A stretch of DNA of 64,000 bases from an uncultured Clostridium sp. (GTDB lineage: Bacteria > Bacillota > Clostridia > TANB77 > CAG-508). Location of the stretch: the NCBI GenBank assembly GCA_930990555.1, contig CAKNPW010000005.1, positions 3,770 through 67,769 of the forward strand, in the 5' to 3' direction. Position numbers and translations under genes: made by a program. The notes below the pieces were generated by a model that saw nothing but the letters and a program-made list of their open reading frames with translations, ran no database searches and was not told the origin of the DNA. Shown piece by piece: positions 44,459 to 54,418 of this stretch; positions within the stretch are counted from its first letter, which is position 1; the number at the start of each line of letters is the position of its first letter.

Positions 44459-46156
44459 TTACTTATTTAATTGTTCTTTTACAAATGTCCAAAATTCATC
44501 ATTTGTTTCTCTATCTTTTTCCCAAAATGCTATTCCTGCTAAATTATATTGGTTTGCTAAATTTATTTTTTCTCCTACTGATTGTTCATTTTCAACCCAC
44601 ATTTTATATTTATTTCCATCTTTTTCATATTCAACATAGTATTGTTTTAAATCTTCATCCCATGTTGCTACTTGGTTTGCTGGAAGCACGTCAAACATAT
44701 CCTTCATATTAACTATTTCTGGTTTAGCTGTTCCATCTTCCTTTTCTTCCCATAATCTCATATATAGTGGTATTCCTAATATTATTTTTTCGGGATCAAC
44801 GTCTTCTTGACCTAAAAATTTCTTTATGTTTGTTTCTACCCAATTGTATCCAGCTGTTGTTCCAGCCTTATTAGAGCTTGTACCATATTGATCATATGCC
44901 ATAAAAACTATATAATCAGCAACATCAGCAATTGTATTTCTGTCAAAACATAATGACCATGTCTCTGAACCATCTGGTGCAGTCACATCTACAGATAATG
45001 TTTTTCCAATCTTCTTTAGTCTTGGCGCTAATTCTATTAAAAATCTAGAATATACATTTTTATCTGATTCATTCATATTCTCGAAATCCACATTTACTCC
45101 ATCTAAATTATATTCTTCTACTAAATTCATTAAGTTTTCAATCATAGTCTCTCTTTTATCATAATCATTTAAAATTTGAGATGTTGTATCCTTTAATGAA
45201 TTATTAGAAAACATCGCCCAAACTTGATAATTATTATCATGTGCCCATTTTATATATTCTGTTCCACCATCTTCAGCATTATTATATATTTCTCCATTAC
45301 TTCCTCTTGTTAAAGAGAAAAATGATGGTGATACTACGTTAACTCCATCCATAGTCTCTCCTGCTCTATCTGGAGCATCTACATATTCAGAATAATAATC
45401 CCAAACTAAATTGATTTTTCCATCAACTTTGTTTATATATTCTCTATCTTTTCTAGTTACTTCTACATTACCTAAATCTTCTTTTTTCACATAACCTATC
45501 GTTCCATCTTTTGCTCTTACTTTTATCCAATTATCTGTTTCTTCTATATATATTAGTTGTTCATTGGCTTCTATCTTTTTTAATGTTCTAGATAAGGTCT
45601 GTGGTTTATATTTTAATTTTGTTTCACTAGTTGTATTTATTACCTCCTGCTTTCTATCTAAAGAATCTATAATAATTGTATTTGTATCTCCTATATATTC
45701 TAAATCAACATCATATACTTTTTCACTTATCTCTGAAAATGGTAAATATATTGTGTCGTTTTTTTCTATAGCAGAAGAATTTAGCTCTTCATCCTCACCA
45801 TTTATAGTTATTATATTATTTTTTGTACTCATTTTGGCTATATTTATTTCTGAAGTAGTTAAAATTTCTCCTGTTTCTTCATTATATTCTATATATTTAT
45901 CAAAGTAATTTTCTACATCTTCTAAAGATAAAAATACATTGTTATTATCATCTATATACACATCATTTTTCATTTTTAATGTAACATTATTGTTATTTAT
46001 TAAAACTTTGGTTTTCCCATCATAATCCTCTCTTATATAATTAGGAGATAAATAAAATACCCCTCCTACTAATGCTAAAAATACAAGTACCATAAATATA
46101 TTTAAAATCAATTTTGAACTATTTCTTTCGTTTTTTTCTTTCATTCTTTTTGCCAT
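44459..46156 (-). CDS. GH18-family hydrolase (YaaH/YdhD-like) with an N-terminal anchor and SH3-like domains
   Basis: LDGVNVDFENM is a GH18 catalytic-strand motif. The N-terminal TM helix and WIKVRAKDGTIGYVKKEDL (SH3b-like) are also present. Confidence 0.75.
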   Translation of the reverse strand: MAKRMKEKNERNSSKLILNIFMVLVFLALVGGVFYLSPNYIREDYDGKTKVLINNNNVTLKMKNDVYIDDNNNVFLSLEDVENYFDKYIEYNEETGEILTTSEINIAKMSTKNNIITINGEDEELNSSAIEKNDTIYLPFSEISEKVYDVDLEYIGDTNTIIIDSLDRKQEVINTTSETKLKYKPQTLSRTLKKIEANEQLIYIEETDNWIKVRAKDGTIGYVKKEDLGNVEVTRKDREYINKVDGKINLVWDYYSEYVDAPDRAGETMDGVNVVSPSFFSLTRGSNGEIYNNAEDGGTEYIKWAHDNNYQVWAMFSNNSLKDTTSQILNDYDKRETMIENLMNLVEEYNLDGVNVDFENMNESDKNVYSRFLIELAPRLKKIGKTLSVDVTAPDGSETWSLCFDRNTIADVADYIVFMAYDQYGTSSNKAGTTAGYNWVETNIKKFLGQEDVDPEKIILGIPLYMRLWEEKEDGTAKPEIVNMKDMFDVLPANQVATWDEDLKQYYVEYEKDGNKYKMWVENEQSVGEKINLANQYNLAGIAFWEKDRETNDEFWTFVKEQLNK

Positions 46157-46264
46157 TTGTACTCTCCTTATTTTAAAAATTCTTTTTTATATTATCATAA
46201 AATAATTAATTAGTGAATAAAATTTTAAAAAATATTCGTACTTAACATAAATATTTGTTTTTTC

Positions 46265-46293
46265 TTTACTTTTATGGGGATTTATGGTATAAT
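46265..46293 (+). promoter_or_regulatory. Sigma-A type promoter of nfeD and the SPFH gene
   Basis: TTTACT, 17 nt of spacer, TATAAT preceded by TGG (extended -10-like). Confidence 0.4.
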
Positions 46294-46322
46294 TTTAATG
46301 AATTGTGTAAGGGGGAATCTTT

Positions 46323-46766
46323 ATGTGGTTAGTTTGGTTAGTAATAGCTGGAGTGCTGTTTATAGGTGAAATTTTAACAGCTGGTTTTTTATTATTATGG
46401 TTTGCAATAGCAGCAGTTGTAGCTATGTTAGTTAGTTTTTTAACAACAAATTTATTTATTCAAATTTTAGTTTTTGTAATAATATCAGTTTTACTTTTAA
46501 TATTTACAAGACCACTACTTTCAAAATACACTAAAAATGACAATACTGTAACAAATTCTAATGCGATTATTGGTAAAACAGCTTTAGTTACAGAAGAAAT
46601 CTCTTTACTAAATTCTACAGGTCAAATTAATGTGGATGGAGAAATTTGGTCTGCAAAAACAATGGATCCAAACTTAACTATTCCAAAAGGTTCTAAAGTA
46701 GAAATTATTGGTATAGATGGTGTAAAAGCTTGTGTTGCAAGTAATTATCAGAAGCCATCTAATTAA
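46323..46766 (+). CDS. NfeD-family membrane protein
   Basis: Three N-terminal TM helices plus a C-terminal OB-like domain (GKTALVTEEI...GEIWSAK). It is paired with an SPFH gene. Confidence 0.85.
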   Translation: MWLVWLVIAGVLFIGEILTAGFLLLWFAIAAVVAMLVSFLTTNLFIQILVFVIISVLLLIFTRPLLSKYTKNDNTVTNSNAIIGKTALVTEEISLLNSTGQINVDGEIWSAKTMDPNLTIPKGSKVEIIGIDGVKACVASNYQKPSN

Positions 46767-46823
46767 GCCACTATCGAAATCTTTGATTTTGCCAAGGTGG
46801 GCTATATTGGGCGAAGCCAATAA
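46763..46823 (+). repeat. Family-2 compound-hairpin repeat, copy B, between the nfeD stop and the SPFH RBS
   Basis: TTAAGCCACTATCGAAATCTTTGATTTTGCCAAGGTGGGCTATATTGGGCGAAGCCAATAA. Confidence 0.7.
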
Positions 46824-46853
46824 TATAAGAGAATAAATAAAAGGAGAATGAAA

Positions 46854-47807
46854 ATGGGAGGAATTATATTTTTAATAATTTTAATACTTTTTATTGCTAT
46901 AATTGCTTATAAATCAATAAAGGTAGTTAAACAATCTGAAGTTTATATAATTGAAAGATTGGGTAAATTTCATAAAGTTGCAGATGCTGGTCTTACAATA
47001 ATTTTTCCTTTTGTAGACCATGTACGTAGTGTAGTTAGCTTAAAACAACAAACAATGGATATACCACCACAAGGAGTTATCACTCAAGATAACGTTACAA
47101 TTACAATAGATACTGTTGTGTTCTACCAAATAACAGATCCTGCCAAAGCAGTTTATGAAATTCAATCATTAAAGAAGGGTATTGAGTATTTAGCAATTAC
47201 AACAATTCGTGATATTGTTGGTAAAATGACATTAGACGAAACATTTAGTTCAAGAGATTTAATAAACCAAAAATTAAGATCTATTTTGGACGAAGCAACA
47301 GATAAATGGGGTTGTAAAATAGATAGAGTTGAAATTAAAGATATTAATCCACCAGAAGATATTAGAGATGCAATGGAAAAACAAATGAACGCAGAAAGAA
47401 ATAAAAGAGCTTTAATTCTACAATCTGAAGGTGAAAGACAATCTGCAATTACACTTGCAGAAGGTAAAAAAGCTGCAGCTATATTAGAGGCAGAAGCTGA
47501 TAAAGAAGCACAAATTAGAAGAGCTGCCGGTGAAGCTGAAGCAATTAGAAAAGTAGCTGAAGCTAAAGCAGAAGAAGTAAGAATGGTTTACGCAGCAATT
47601 AAAAAAGCTGACCCAGACGAAAAACTTATTCAAATTAAATCTTTAGAAGCTCTTGAAGAAGTTGCTAAAGGTGATGCTAACAAAGTATTTATTCCTTTCG
47701 AAGCAACAGCTGCATTAAGTGGTTTAGGAGCTGCTACCGAAGTTATTAAAGATGGTGAAAAAAAAGCAGTAGATAAAAAATTAAAGGATATAGCAAAAGA
47801 TCAATAA
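46854..47807 (+). CDS. SPFH/band-7 (stomatin/QmcA-like) protein
   Basis: VKQSEVYIIERLGKF..., an SPFH domain and an Ala/Glu-rich coiled coil. The start is either 46848 or 46854. Confidence 0.9.
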   Translation: MGGIIFLIILILFIAIIAYKSIKVVKQSEVYIIERLGKFHKVADAGLTIIFPFVDHVRSVVSLKQQTMDIPPQGVITQDNVTITIDTVVFYQITDPAKAVYEIQSLKKGIEYLAITTIRDIVGKMTLDETFSSRDLINQKLRSILDEATDKWGCKIDRVEIKDINPPEDIRDAMEKQMNAERNKRALILQSEGERQSAITLAEGKKAAAILEAEADKEAQIRRAAGEAEAIRKVAEAKAEEVRMVYAAIKKADPDEKLIQIKSLEALEEVAKGDANKVFIPFEATAALSGLGAATEVIKDGEKKAVDKKLKDIAKDQ

Positions 47808-47835
47808 ACTTTAATCGGGTTTTAGAAACATCTCT

Positions 47836-47865
47836 CGGGATTTGGGGACGTTCCTTATAATCCCG
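47836..47865 (+). repeat. Family-1 hairpin repeat, copy 4, acting as the likely terminator of the SPFH gene
   Basis: CGGGATTTGGGGACGTTCCTTATAATCCCG followed by ATTTTTAT. Confidence 0.8.
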
Positions 47866-47880
47866 ATTTTTATGTTTTAA

Positions 47881-47912
47881 AAAGAGAAAGTAAAACTACT
47901 TTCTCTTTTTTA
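47881..47912. terminator. Bidirectional intrinsic terminator (nifS side)
   Basis: AAGAGAAAGTA, AAAC loop, TACTTTCTCTT, flanked by A and T runs. Confidence 0.7.
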
Positions 47913-47920
47913 CTTATATA

Positions 47921-49069
47921 TTAATATCTTTCTGTCCTTAAGTTTACAACTATTTTTTCTAATTCATCTATGAAATAATCTATATCATCTTTTGTATTTT
48001 CTTTCCCTAATGTTATTCTTAATGCACTACTTGCTATGCCTTCATTTAGCCCCATTGCAAGTAATACATGTGATGGTTGTGGCAGTCCACTACTACAAGC
48101 AGAACCACTAGAAGTACAGATTCCTTTGTTGGCTAATAATTTTACTAAATCTTTACCATTTACATATAAAAAAGAAATATTTATATTTCCAGGCAATCTA
48201 TTATTTAAATCGCCATTTATTCTTATATATGGTATTCTATTTTTTATTTGTTCTATACAATAATTTCGCAAATTTAATAGCTTTTCGTTATTTGTAATAA
48301 TATCGTTATTAGCCATTTCGATTGCTTTACCCAATCCAACAATACCTGCTACATTTTCAGTTCCTGCTCTTTTATCATTTTCTTGATGTCCACCATTTTG
48401 TAATTGTATAAAATTTATTTTATCTCTTACATATAAAGCACCTACCCCTTTTGGCCCATAGAACTTATGAGCGGACATTGATAATAAATCTATCCCCATT
48501 TCCTTCACATCTATTTTTACATTTCCTATTGCTTGAACTGCATCTGTATGAAATATTGCGTTGTTATTATGAACAATTCTAGAAATTTCTTTTATTGGCT
48601 CTATAGTTCCTACTTCATTGTTTGCAACCATAATAGACACTAAAATAGTTTTCGAATTAATACTATTTTTTAGCTCTTCCAAATCTATAAATCCATTTTT
48701 GTCTACATTTAAATAGGTTACTCTAAATCCTTCTTTTTCTAGTTGCCTACAAGTATTTAAAACTGCTGGATGCTCTATTTTGCTTGTAATAATATGATTT
48801 CCCTGTTGTCTATATGCTCTAGCAACACCTTTAATTGCCAAATTGTCACTTTCACTACCACAAGAGGTAAAATATATCTCAGTTGGTTTAGCATTTATTA
48901 CTCTTGCTACATTTCCTCTTGCTATATTTATTGCTTCTCTTGATTTATACCCAAGTTCATATAATGATGAAGCATTACCATAGTTTTCACAAAAATATGG
49001 TTCCATTACCTCTTTTACTTCTGGTGCCACCGCAGTTGTAGCTGCATGGTCTAAATATATTGTTTTCAT
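47921..49069 (-). CDS. nifS: Cysteine desulfurase (NifS/IscS type)
   Basis: SAHKFYGPKG (PLP lysine) and SSGSACSSG (active-site Cys loop). Confidence 0.92.
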   Translation of the reverse strand: MKTIYLDHAATTAVAPEVKEVMEPYFCENYGNASSLYELGYKSREAINIARGNVARVINAKPTEIYFTSCGSESDNLAIKGVARAYRQQGNHIITSKIEHPAVLNTCRQLEKEGFRVTYLNVDKNGFIDLEELKNSINSKTILVSIMVANNEVGTIEPIKEISRIVHNNNAIFHTDAVQAIGNVKIDVKEMGIDLLSMSAHKFYGPKGVGALYVRDKINFIQLQNGGHQENDKRAGTENVAGIVGLGKAIEMANNDIITNNEKLLNLRNYCIEQIKNRIPYIRINGDLNNRLPGNINISFLYVNGKDLVKLLANKGICTSSGSACSSGLPQPSHVLLAMGLNEGIASSALRITLGKENTKDDIDYFIDELEKIVVNLRTERY

Positions 49070-49130
49070 ATAACATTACCTCTCTTATATAATATTATAT
49101 GAAGTATGTTATATATTTTTGACAAAAAAT

Positions 49131-49160
49131 CGGGATTTTAAGGAACGTCCCTAAATCCCG
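49131..49160 (-). repeat. Family-1 hairpin repeat, copy 5, acting as the likely terminator of the cyclophilin gene
   Basis: The minus strand reads CGGGATTTAGGGACGTTCCTTAAAATCCCG followed by ATTTTTTG. Confidence 0.8.
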
Positions 49161-49167
49161 ATTTTAA

Positions 49168-49932
49168 TTATTCGCTCATTCCGCTATATAATTGTTGTAA
49201 ATAAGAATTATAATCAAATGGTTTTACTGTTTCTGGAGCTCCATAATCTACTCCGAAAGTATCTACTCTTACACTTGTTATTACTGGTGGATTAACTGGT
49301 GTGCTTGCTTCTGAATCTGATGAGTCCTCAGATGTTGTTACTTCTGTTTCATTTAATTTATCTAGTACATCCATTCCTTCAATAACTTTTCCGAATGCTG
49401 CATAGTAACCATTTAAGCTTGCATTTTCACCTGTCATTATAAAGAATTGTGAACCAGCTGAATTATAACCTTCTTCATATAATCCCATTTGGCTATAATC
49501 TGATCTTGCCATAGAGATTACACCTTTTTCATGTCTTAAGGTGTTTTGATTAAATCCGTTTTGTGTAAATTCTCCTCTAATAGCATATGTTTCTGTATTT
49601 GAACCACCATCTTGTATTGCTGATAGTGTTGGTGCTCCAGATCCAGTTCCATCTTTATCTCCACCTTGTACCATAAAATCTTTTACAATTCTATGAAATG
49701 TTAATCCATCATAAAATCCCCTATTTGCTAAAGTTATAAAATTAGCTACCGTATTTGGTGCTTGGTCTGGGTATAATTCTATTTTCATTGTACCTAATCC
49801 TTCTATTTCCATTGTTGCAACTGGATTTTGCTTTGTAAAAGTTGCTTTTTGATAAATTGTATAACCTACTAATCCTATTAACACAATTACTAATATAATA
49901 GCTATAATCATAATTATTTTCTTTGTTTTCAT
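49168..49932 (-). CDS. Cyclophilin-type peptidyl-prolyl isomerase, membrane anchored
   Basis: FHRIVKDFMVQGGD and GSQFFI motifs. The N-terminus is a TM helix. Confidence 0.9.
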   Translation of the reverse strand: MKTKKIIMIIAIILVIVLIGLVGYTIYQKATFTKQNPVATMEIEGLGTMKIELYPDQAPNTVANFITLANRGFYDGLTFHRIVKDFMVQGGDKDGTGSGAPTLSAIQDGGSNTETYAIRGEFTQNGFNQNTLRHEKGVISMARSDYSQMGLYEEGYNSAGSQFFIMTGENASLNGYYAAFGKVIEGMDVLDKLNETEVTTSEDSSDSEASTPVNPPVITSVRVDTFGVDYGAPETVKPFDYNSYLQQLYSGMSE

Positions 49933-49947
49933 TCGTTATCCTCCTAC

Positions 49948-51051
49948 TTAAATTAAAGCATTATCAAAAACAAATTGTTCTTGCATTCTCTTTAATGATT
50001 GTTTTATTGTTTTAGCTCTTACTTCTCCTATTCCCTCTACCTCATCAAGCTCTGGAATATCTGCTGCTAAAATATGTTGAAAAGATTTAAAAGATTTTAC
50101 AAGGTTTTCTACTATGTTATTAGGTACTCTTGGAATCTTACTTAATATCCTATAACCTCTTGTATAAACTCCTACCTCATCATAATTATCAAAATTTTCA
50201 TACCCTAAAATTTTTGCTATTGAAGATGCCTTTAAAAGTTCTTCATATGGTAATGCAATTATTTCATCTAATGCTTCATCTTCTGTTTTATTTGTCCCTT
50301 TTCCTAGATAATCTTTTATTATTAGAAGTTCTTCTCTTTCTAAACCACCAACTAATTCTTCTAATTGCATACTTATAAGCCTACCATCTTGTCCTAATTC
50401 TGAAATTCCTCTTTGTACTTCATCTACAATTTTCATAACCATTTCTGCTCTTTGTATTGCATTTATCACATTATCTAAAGTAACAATGTCATTAAATTCG
50501 TATTCATTTAATACATTTAATTTGCTATCAAATACTTTCTTATATTTTTCTAAAGTCTGTAATGCTTGATTTGTTCTGTTTAAAATTGTTGATGAATCTT
50601 GTATTGTATACCTTAAATTTCCTTTAAATACAGTAATTATATTTCTTCTCTGTGAAATACTAATTACTAAAGCCCCTGTCTGTTTCGCTGTTCTTTCTGC
50701 TGTTCTATGTCGTGTTCCTGTTTCTTTAGTTGGAATTTCTGGTGACGGAATTAGTTGTGCATTTGCATATAATATTCTTTTCAAATCTGTGCTTAATACT
50801 ATTGCTCCATCCATTTTAGCAAGTTCGTAAAGTTTAGAAGATGTATATTCTTCATCTATAAAAAATCCTCCATCTACTATGTCTAAAACTTCCTTAGTAT
50901 CAGAAAATACTAATAATGCTCCTGTTTTTGCTTTTAAAATATTATCTAGTCCTTCTCTTATTGGTGTTCCAGGTGAAATTAACTTTAGTATGTCTGTAAT
51001 TTCTTCTTTTTTGCTGATTCTCAATTGTAACCAACCCTTTCTGCCTTCCAC
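49948..51051 (-). CDS. disA: DNA integrity scanning protein DisA (diadenylate cyclase)
   Basis: ISPGTPIREGLDNILKAKTGALLVF and DGAIVL...RHRTAER form the DAC domain. A C-terminal HhH is present and the gene follows radA. The start codon is uncertain: GTG at 51051 or TTG at 51021. Confidence 0.9.
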   Translation of the reverse strand: MEGRKGWLQLRISKKEEITDILKLISPGTPIREGLDNILKAKTGALLVFSDTKEVLDIVDGGFFIDEEYTSSKLYELAKMDGAIVLSTDLKRILYANAQLIPSPEIPTKETGTRHRTAERTAKQTGALVISISQRRNIITVFKGNLRYTIQDSSTILNRTNQALQTLEKYKKVFDSKLNVLNEYEFNDIVTLDNVINAIQRAEMVMKIVDEVQRGISELGQDGRLISMQLEELVGGLEREELLIIKDYLGKGTNKTEDEALDEIIALPYEELLKASSIAKILGYENFDNYDEVGVYTRGYRILSKIPRVPNNIVENLVKSFKSFQHILAADIPELDEVEGIGEVRAKTIKQSLKRMQEQFVFDNALI

Positions 51052-51059
51052 CTTATGAA

Positions 51060-52418
51060 CTATCGTAGTCCAATCGCTTTCATGGCTTCGTTAATATTTT
51101 TCACACCAATTATATCCAATTTATATGATTCTTTCAATAGTTTTTTGTTATTTTCTGGAATTATACATTTTTTAAAGCCTAATCTTTCAGCCTCTTTTAG
51201 TCTTTTTTCCATCATATTAATTGTACGTACTTCCCCTGTTAAACCTACTTCTCCTAGTGCGATAACTCCCTTAGGAATACTTATATTCTTAAAGCTTGAT
51301 GCAGTAGCTAAAATTATTCCTAAATCTAACGCAGGTTCGTTTACCTTAAGTCCTCCTACAACATTTAAATAAACATCTTGATTTCCTAACATAAATCCTG
51401 CCTTTTTTTCCATTACTGCTACTAACAATGTTAACCTGTTATAATCTATTCCATTTGCAGTTCTCCTTGGCAAACCAAATACACTTTGAGTAACTAATGC
51501 TTGTAATTCTACCAATAAAGGTCTTGTTCCTTCCACTGTCGCAACTATAACAGAACCAGATGGATTATCATCTCTTTCAGAAATTAGAATTGATGATGGG
51601 TTTGTTATTTCTACCATTCCATTCTCTTGCATCTCAAACATTCCAACTTCATTTGTAGAACCAAATCTATTTTTTACACCTCTTATCATTCTATATGAAA
51701 AATATCTTTCTCCTTCTATGTATAGTACTGTATCTACCATATGTTCTAAAACTCTTGGTCCTGCTATGTTACCATCTTTTGTAACATGTCCAATAATTAT
51801 AGTTGTAATTTTTCTAGATTTACAAATTTTCATTATTCTACTAGTTATTTCTCGTACTTGACTTACACTTCCTGGTGCAGAAGAAATTTCTTCTGAATAC
51901 ATTGTTTGCATAGAGTCTATTATTACTAACTTTGGATTTAATTCTTCTATGTTTTGGTCAATAATATCTATATCTGTTTCACCTAAAAATAGAATATCAT
52001 CATTTTTTATATTTAATCTATCTGCTCTTAATTTTATTTGTTCTGCAGATTCCTCTCCAGAAACATATAAAACTTTTCCTTCTCCTTTAATCTTGTCGCA
52101 AAGTTGTAAAATTAAAGTTGATTTTCCTATACCTGGTTCTCCACCAACTAATACTAAAGAACCTTTTACCAATCCACCTCCTAGAACTCTATCAAGTTCT
52201 GCATACCCAGTAGAAGTTCTTTGCGCATCTTGACCAACAAAACTATTTAAAGGCCTTGGTGCTTCTTGAATTTTCTTTTCTCTTTTTCCATTTTCTACTT
52301 TCGTAGAAATTTTTTCTTCAACAAACGTATTCCATGAATTGCAAGCTGGACATTTTCCCATCCATTTTGCAGATTCATATCCACATTCATTACACACAAA
52401 AATTGTTTTTGCTTTCAT
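51060..52418 (-). CDS. radA: DNA repair protein RadA/Sms
   Basis: N-terminal Zn ribbon CNECGYESAKWMGKCPAC, Walker A GGEPGIGKST, KNRFG and a Lon-like C-terminus. Confidence 0.95.
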   Translation of the reverse strand: MKAKTIFVCNECGYESAKWMGKCPACNSWNTFVEEKISTKVENGKREKKIQEAPRPLNSFVGQDAQRTSTGYAELDRVLGGGLVKGSLVLVGGEPGIGKSTLILQLCDKIKGEGKVLYVSGEESAEQIKLRADRLNIKNDDILFLGETDIDIIDQNIEELNPKLVIIDSMQTMYSEEISSAPGSVSQVREITSRIMKICKSRKITTIIIGHVTKDGNIAGPRVLEHMVDTVLYIEGERYFSYRMIRGVKNRFGSTNEVGMFEMQENGMVEITNPSSILISERDDNPSGSVIVATVEGTRPLLVELQALVTQSVFGLPRRTANGIDYNRLTLLVAVMEKKAGFMLGNQDVYLNVVGGLKVNEPALDLGIILATASSFKNISIPKGVIALGEVGLTGEVRTINMMEKRLKEAERLGFKKCIIPENNKKLLKESYKLDIIGVKNINEAMKAIGLR

Positions 52419-52441
52419 ATTGCTCCTTCTTTATTAAGTTT

Positions 52442-54406
52442 TTAAGCTTTGTTTAGTAATTCTTCTAAACCTAATGATAACACAAACATTGCATGTGACC
52501 AACCTAATCCAATTACCCATTTAGATTTCATTTGACTATTATCTATTTGTTCTGCAAGTAAACCTAAAGGTGTAGCTGTGTCTATTACAAATTTTAAACA
52601 TTCATTAGCTTCGCTTATTGCTCCAATTTTTTTATAATATATGTACATCCATAAAGTTGCTATTGGCCATGGATTTTTTCCACCCATATAGCCATCATTC
52701 TCAAATCTTAAATATCCTCCTGTATATGTTCTTAATGTTAGGTTTATCTTTTGTACTGTATTTTGTATTAATTTATCATTTGGGTCAAATACATTAAATG
52801 GTGTAATTGCTCCCATTATGCTAATATCTACATTACTATCTTTTGTATTTCGTACTAAAATATTTTGATTTTTATCACATAAATTCTCTAATATATAATT
52901 TCTAATTAATTCTTTATATTTTGCTAATTCATTAAAATCTTCTGGTAATTTAAATTTCTTATTATCTTTTTGCAATTCCTTATATATTAGCTCCATCGCT
53001 CCAAATGCAGCATATATTGCTGATAACGAATACAAATGAACTCCTTCATTCATTTCCCATAAATCATAACTTACATGTTTATATATCTGACTTCTATCTA
53101 AATAACTATACTTAGTTTCTAACTCAGATTCTTTTTTCTCGTCTATATCTAATAAATGATCCATATATTTCTTTAAAAATTCAATTGCATTTTCACACAT
53201 ATTTAAATTATCTTTTAATAAGTCCATATCTCTTTGTTTTAGTCTAAATTCTTTTATTTTAAAATGCTGATATAAACCTGCAACCACACTTCCTGTTTCA
53301 TCTATTTGATATCCCCAACATGGGGCCAGTCTTCCATCTGTGTAAAAACGTTGTTCCCACATTCCATTTTTACTCTGTGTTTTTCTTAAGAAAACATTAT
53401 AAAAATTATCTGCGTCTTTGTACATACCTACCATATCTAATGCTTGTGAAATAGTAACAGCATCCCTTGGCCAACAGTAAGCATATCTTCCACATAAATC
53501 TTTTTCTTCGTCCACCTCTAAAGCAGCAATTATTCCCCCAGTTTCTTCATTTACTAGCAATGGAAATAAAAGAATAGTTCGTCTTAAAATCTTTTGTATT
53601 TTTGCATTGTAAAGTTGGCCATAGTCTTTTACTTTAAGTACATCATGTTTTTTTACATATTTCCTCCAATATGCTTTTGTTTCCATCATTAATTTTAATG
53701 TATCATACTCTTTAATTTGATCAATTTCTTTTATTAAATCATCTAACACATCAACTTTATAATTTTTATTAATATATATGTATATATTAAATTCTTTAGA
53801 TTCTCCTGGTCTTAATACACCAATATCATAAGCTATTGCAGAATGATTAGACATTGCAATATAATCTTTATCTCCAATTACTCCAGAAGCAATGCTTTCT
53901 TCTACATTATTTAATTGATAACTATATATTGGCATGTTAGAAAATGTTGTCATAGCAAAATCATGACTATATTGAATCATGGCATTGTCACATATTCTAG
54001 CTCCAACCATATTATTTAAATTTGAAAACAATTTTGAATCTATTAAAAATTTAACCTCCAAATCTATTTTATTGTAATTTGTAAATGTATATCTTCTAAT
54101 TACTACATCTTTTTTCATTGGAATAAAATCTTCTTGTTTCATATTAAGTTTAAAATATGTATTTTCTATTTCCGTATTTAGTACATTTGTATCTGTAGAA
54201 TAATATTGATTATATACATTATTTATATCATCATGAAGTCTGATAAGTGCGGAATCATTTATTTTTACACCAGTTTCATAATAATCTATAAATTGTCTAT
54301 AATCTGCTGTTGGATAGCAAAGTCTTAATAGTTCACCTTTTTCTGATAAACTAGCAATCATTTTTCTATTTCCAATAAAAGCATTATTTAAGTATTTTCT
54401 TTTCAT
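52442..54406 (-). CDS. Glycoside hydrolase family 15 (glucoamylase-like)
   Basis: YAYCWPRDAV and DLWEMNEG are GH15 catalytic-region motifs. Confidence 0.8.
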   Translation of the reverse strand: MKRKYLNNAFIGNRKMIASLSEKGELLRLCYPTADYRQFIDYYETGVKINDSALIRLHDDINNVYNQYYSTDTNVLNTEIENTYFKLNMKQEDFIPMKKDVVIRRYTFTNYNKIDLEVKFLIDSKLFSNLNNMVGARICDNAMIQYSHDFAMTTFSNMPIYSYQLNNVEESIASGVIGDKDYIAMSNHSAIAYDIGVLRPGESKEFNIYIYINKNYKVDVLDDLIKEIDQIKEYDTLKLMMETKAYWRKYVKKHDVLKVKDYGQLYNAKIQKILRRTILLFPLLVNEETGGIIAALEVDEEKDLCGRYAYCWPRDAVTISQALDMVGMYKDADNFYNVFLRKTQSKNGMWEQRFYTDGRLAPCWGYQIDETGSVVAGLYQHFKIKEFRLKQRDMDLLKDNLNMCENAIEFLKKYMDHLLDIDEKKESELETKYSYLDRSQIYKHVSYDLWEMNEGVHLYSLSAIYAAFGAMELIYKELQKDNKKFKLPEDFNELAKYKELIRNYILENLCDKNQNILVRNTKDSNVDISIMGAITPFNVFDPNDKLIQNTVQKINLTLRTYTGGYLRFENDGYMGGKNPWPIATLWMYIYYKKIGAISEANECLKFVIDTATPLGLLAEQIDNSQMKSKWVIGLGWSHAMFVLSLGLEELLNKA

Positions 54407-54418
54407 TTGTATTCTCCT

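Noticed and set aside
47836-49160. nifS is bracketed by inverted copies of the family-1 repeat, which suggested a composite mobile element or MITE pair.
   Set aside because: There is no transposase, no target-site duplication and no extended terminal similarity beyond the 30-nt hairpin. Each copy is better explained as the terminator of the neighbouring gene (the SPFH gene and cyclophilin respectively).
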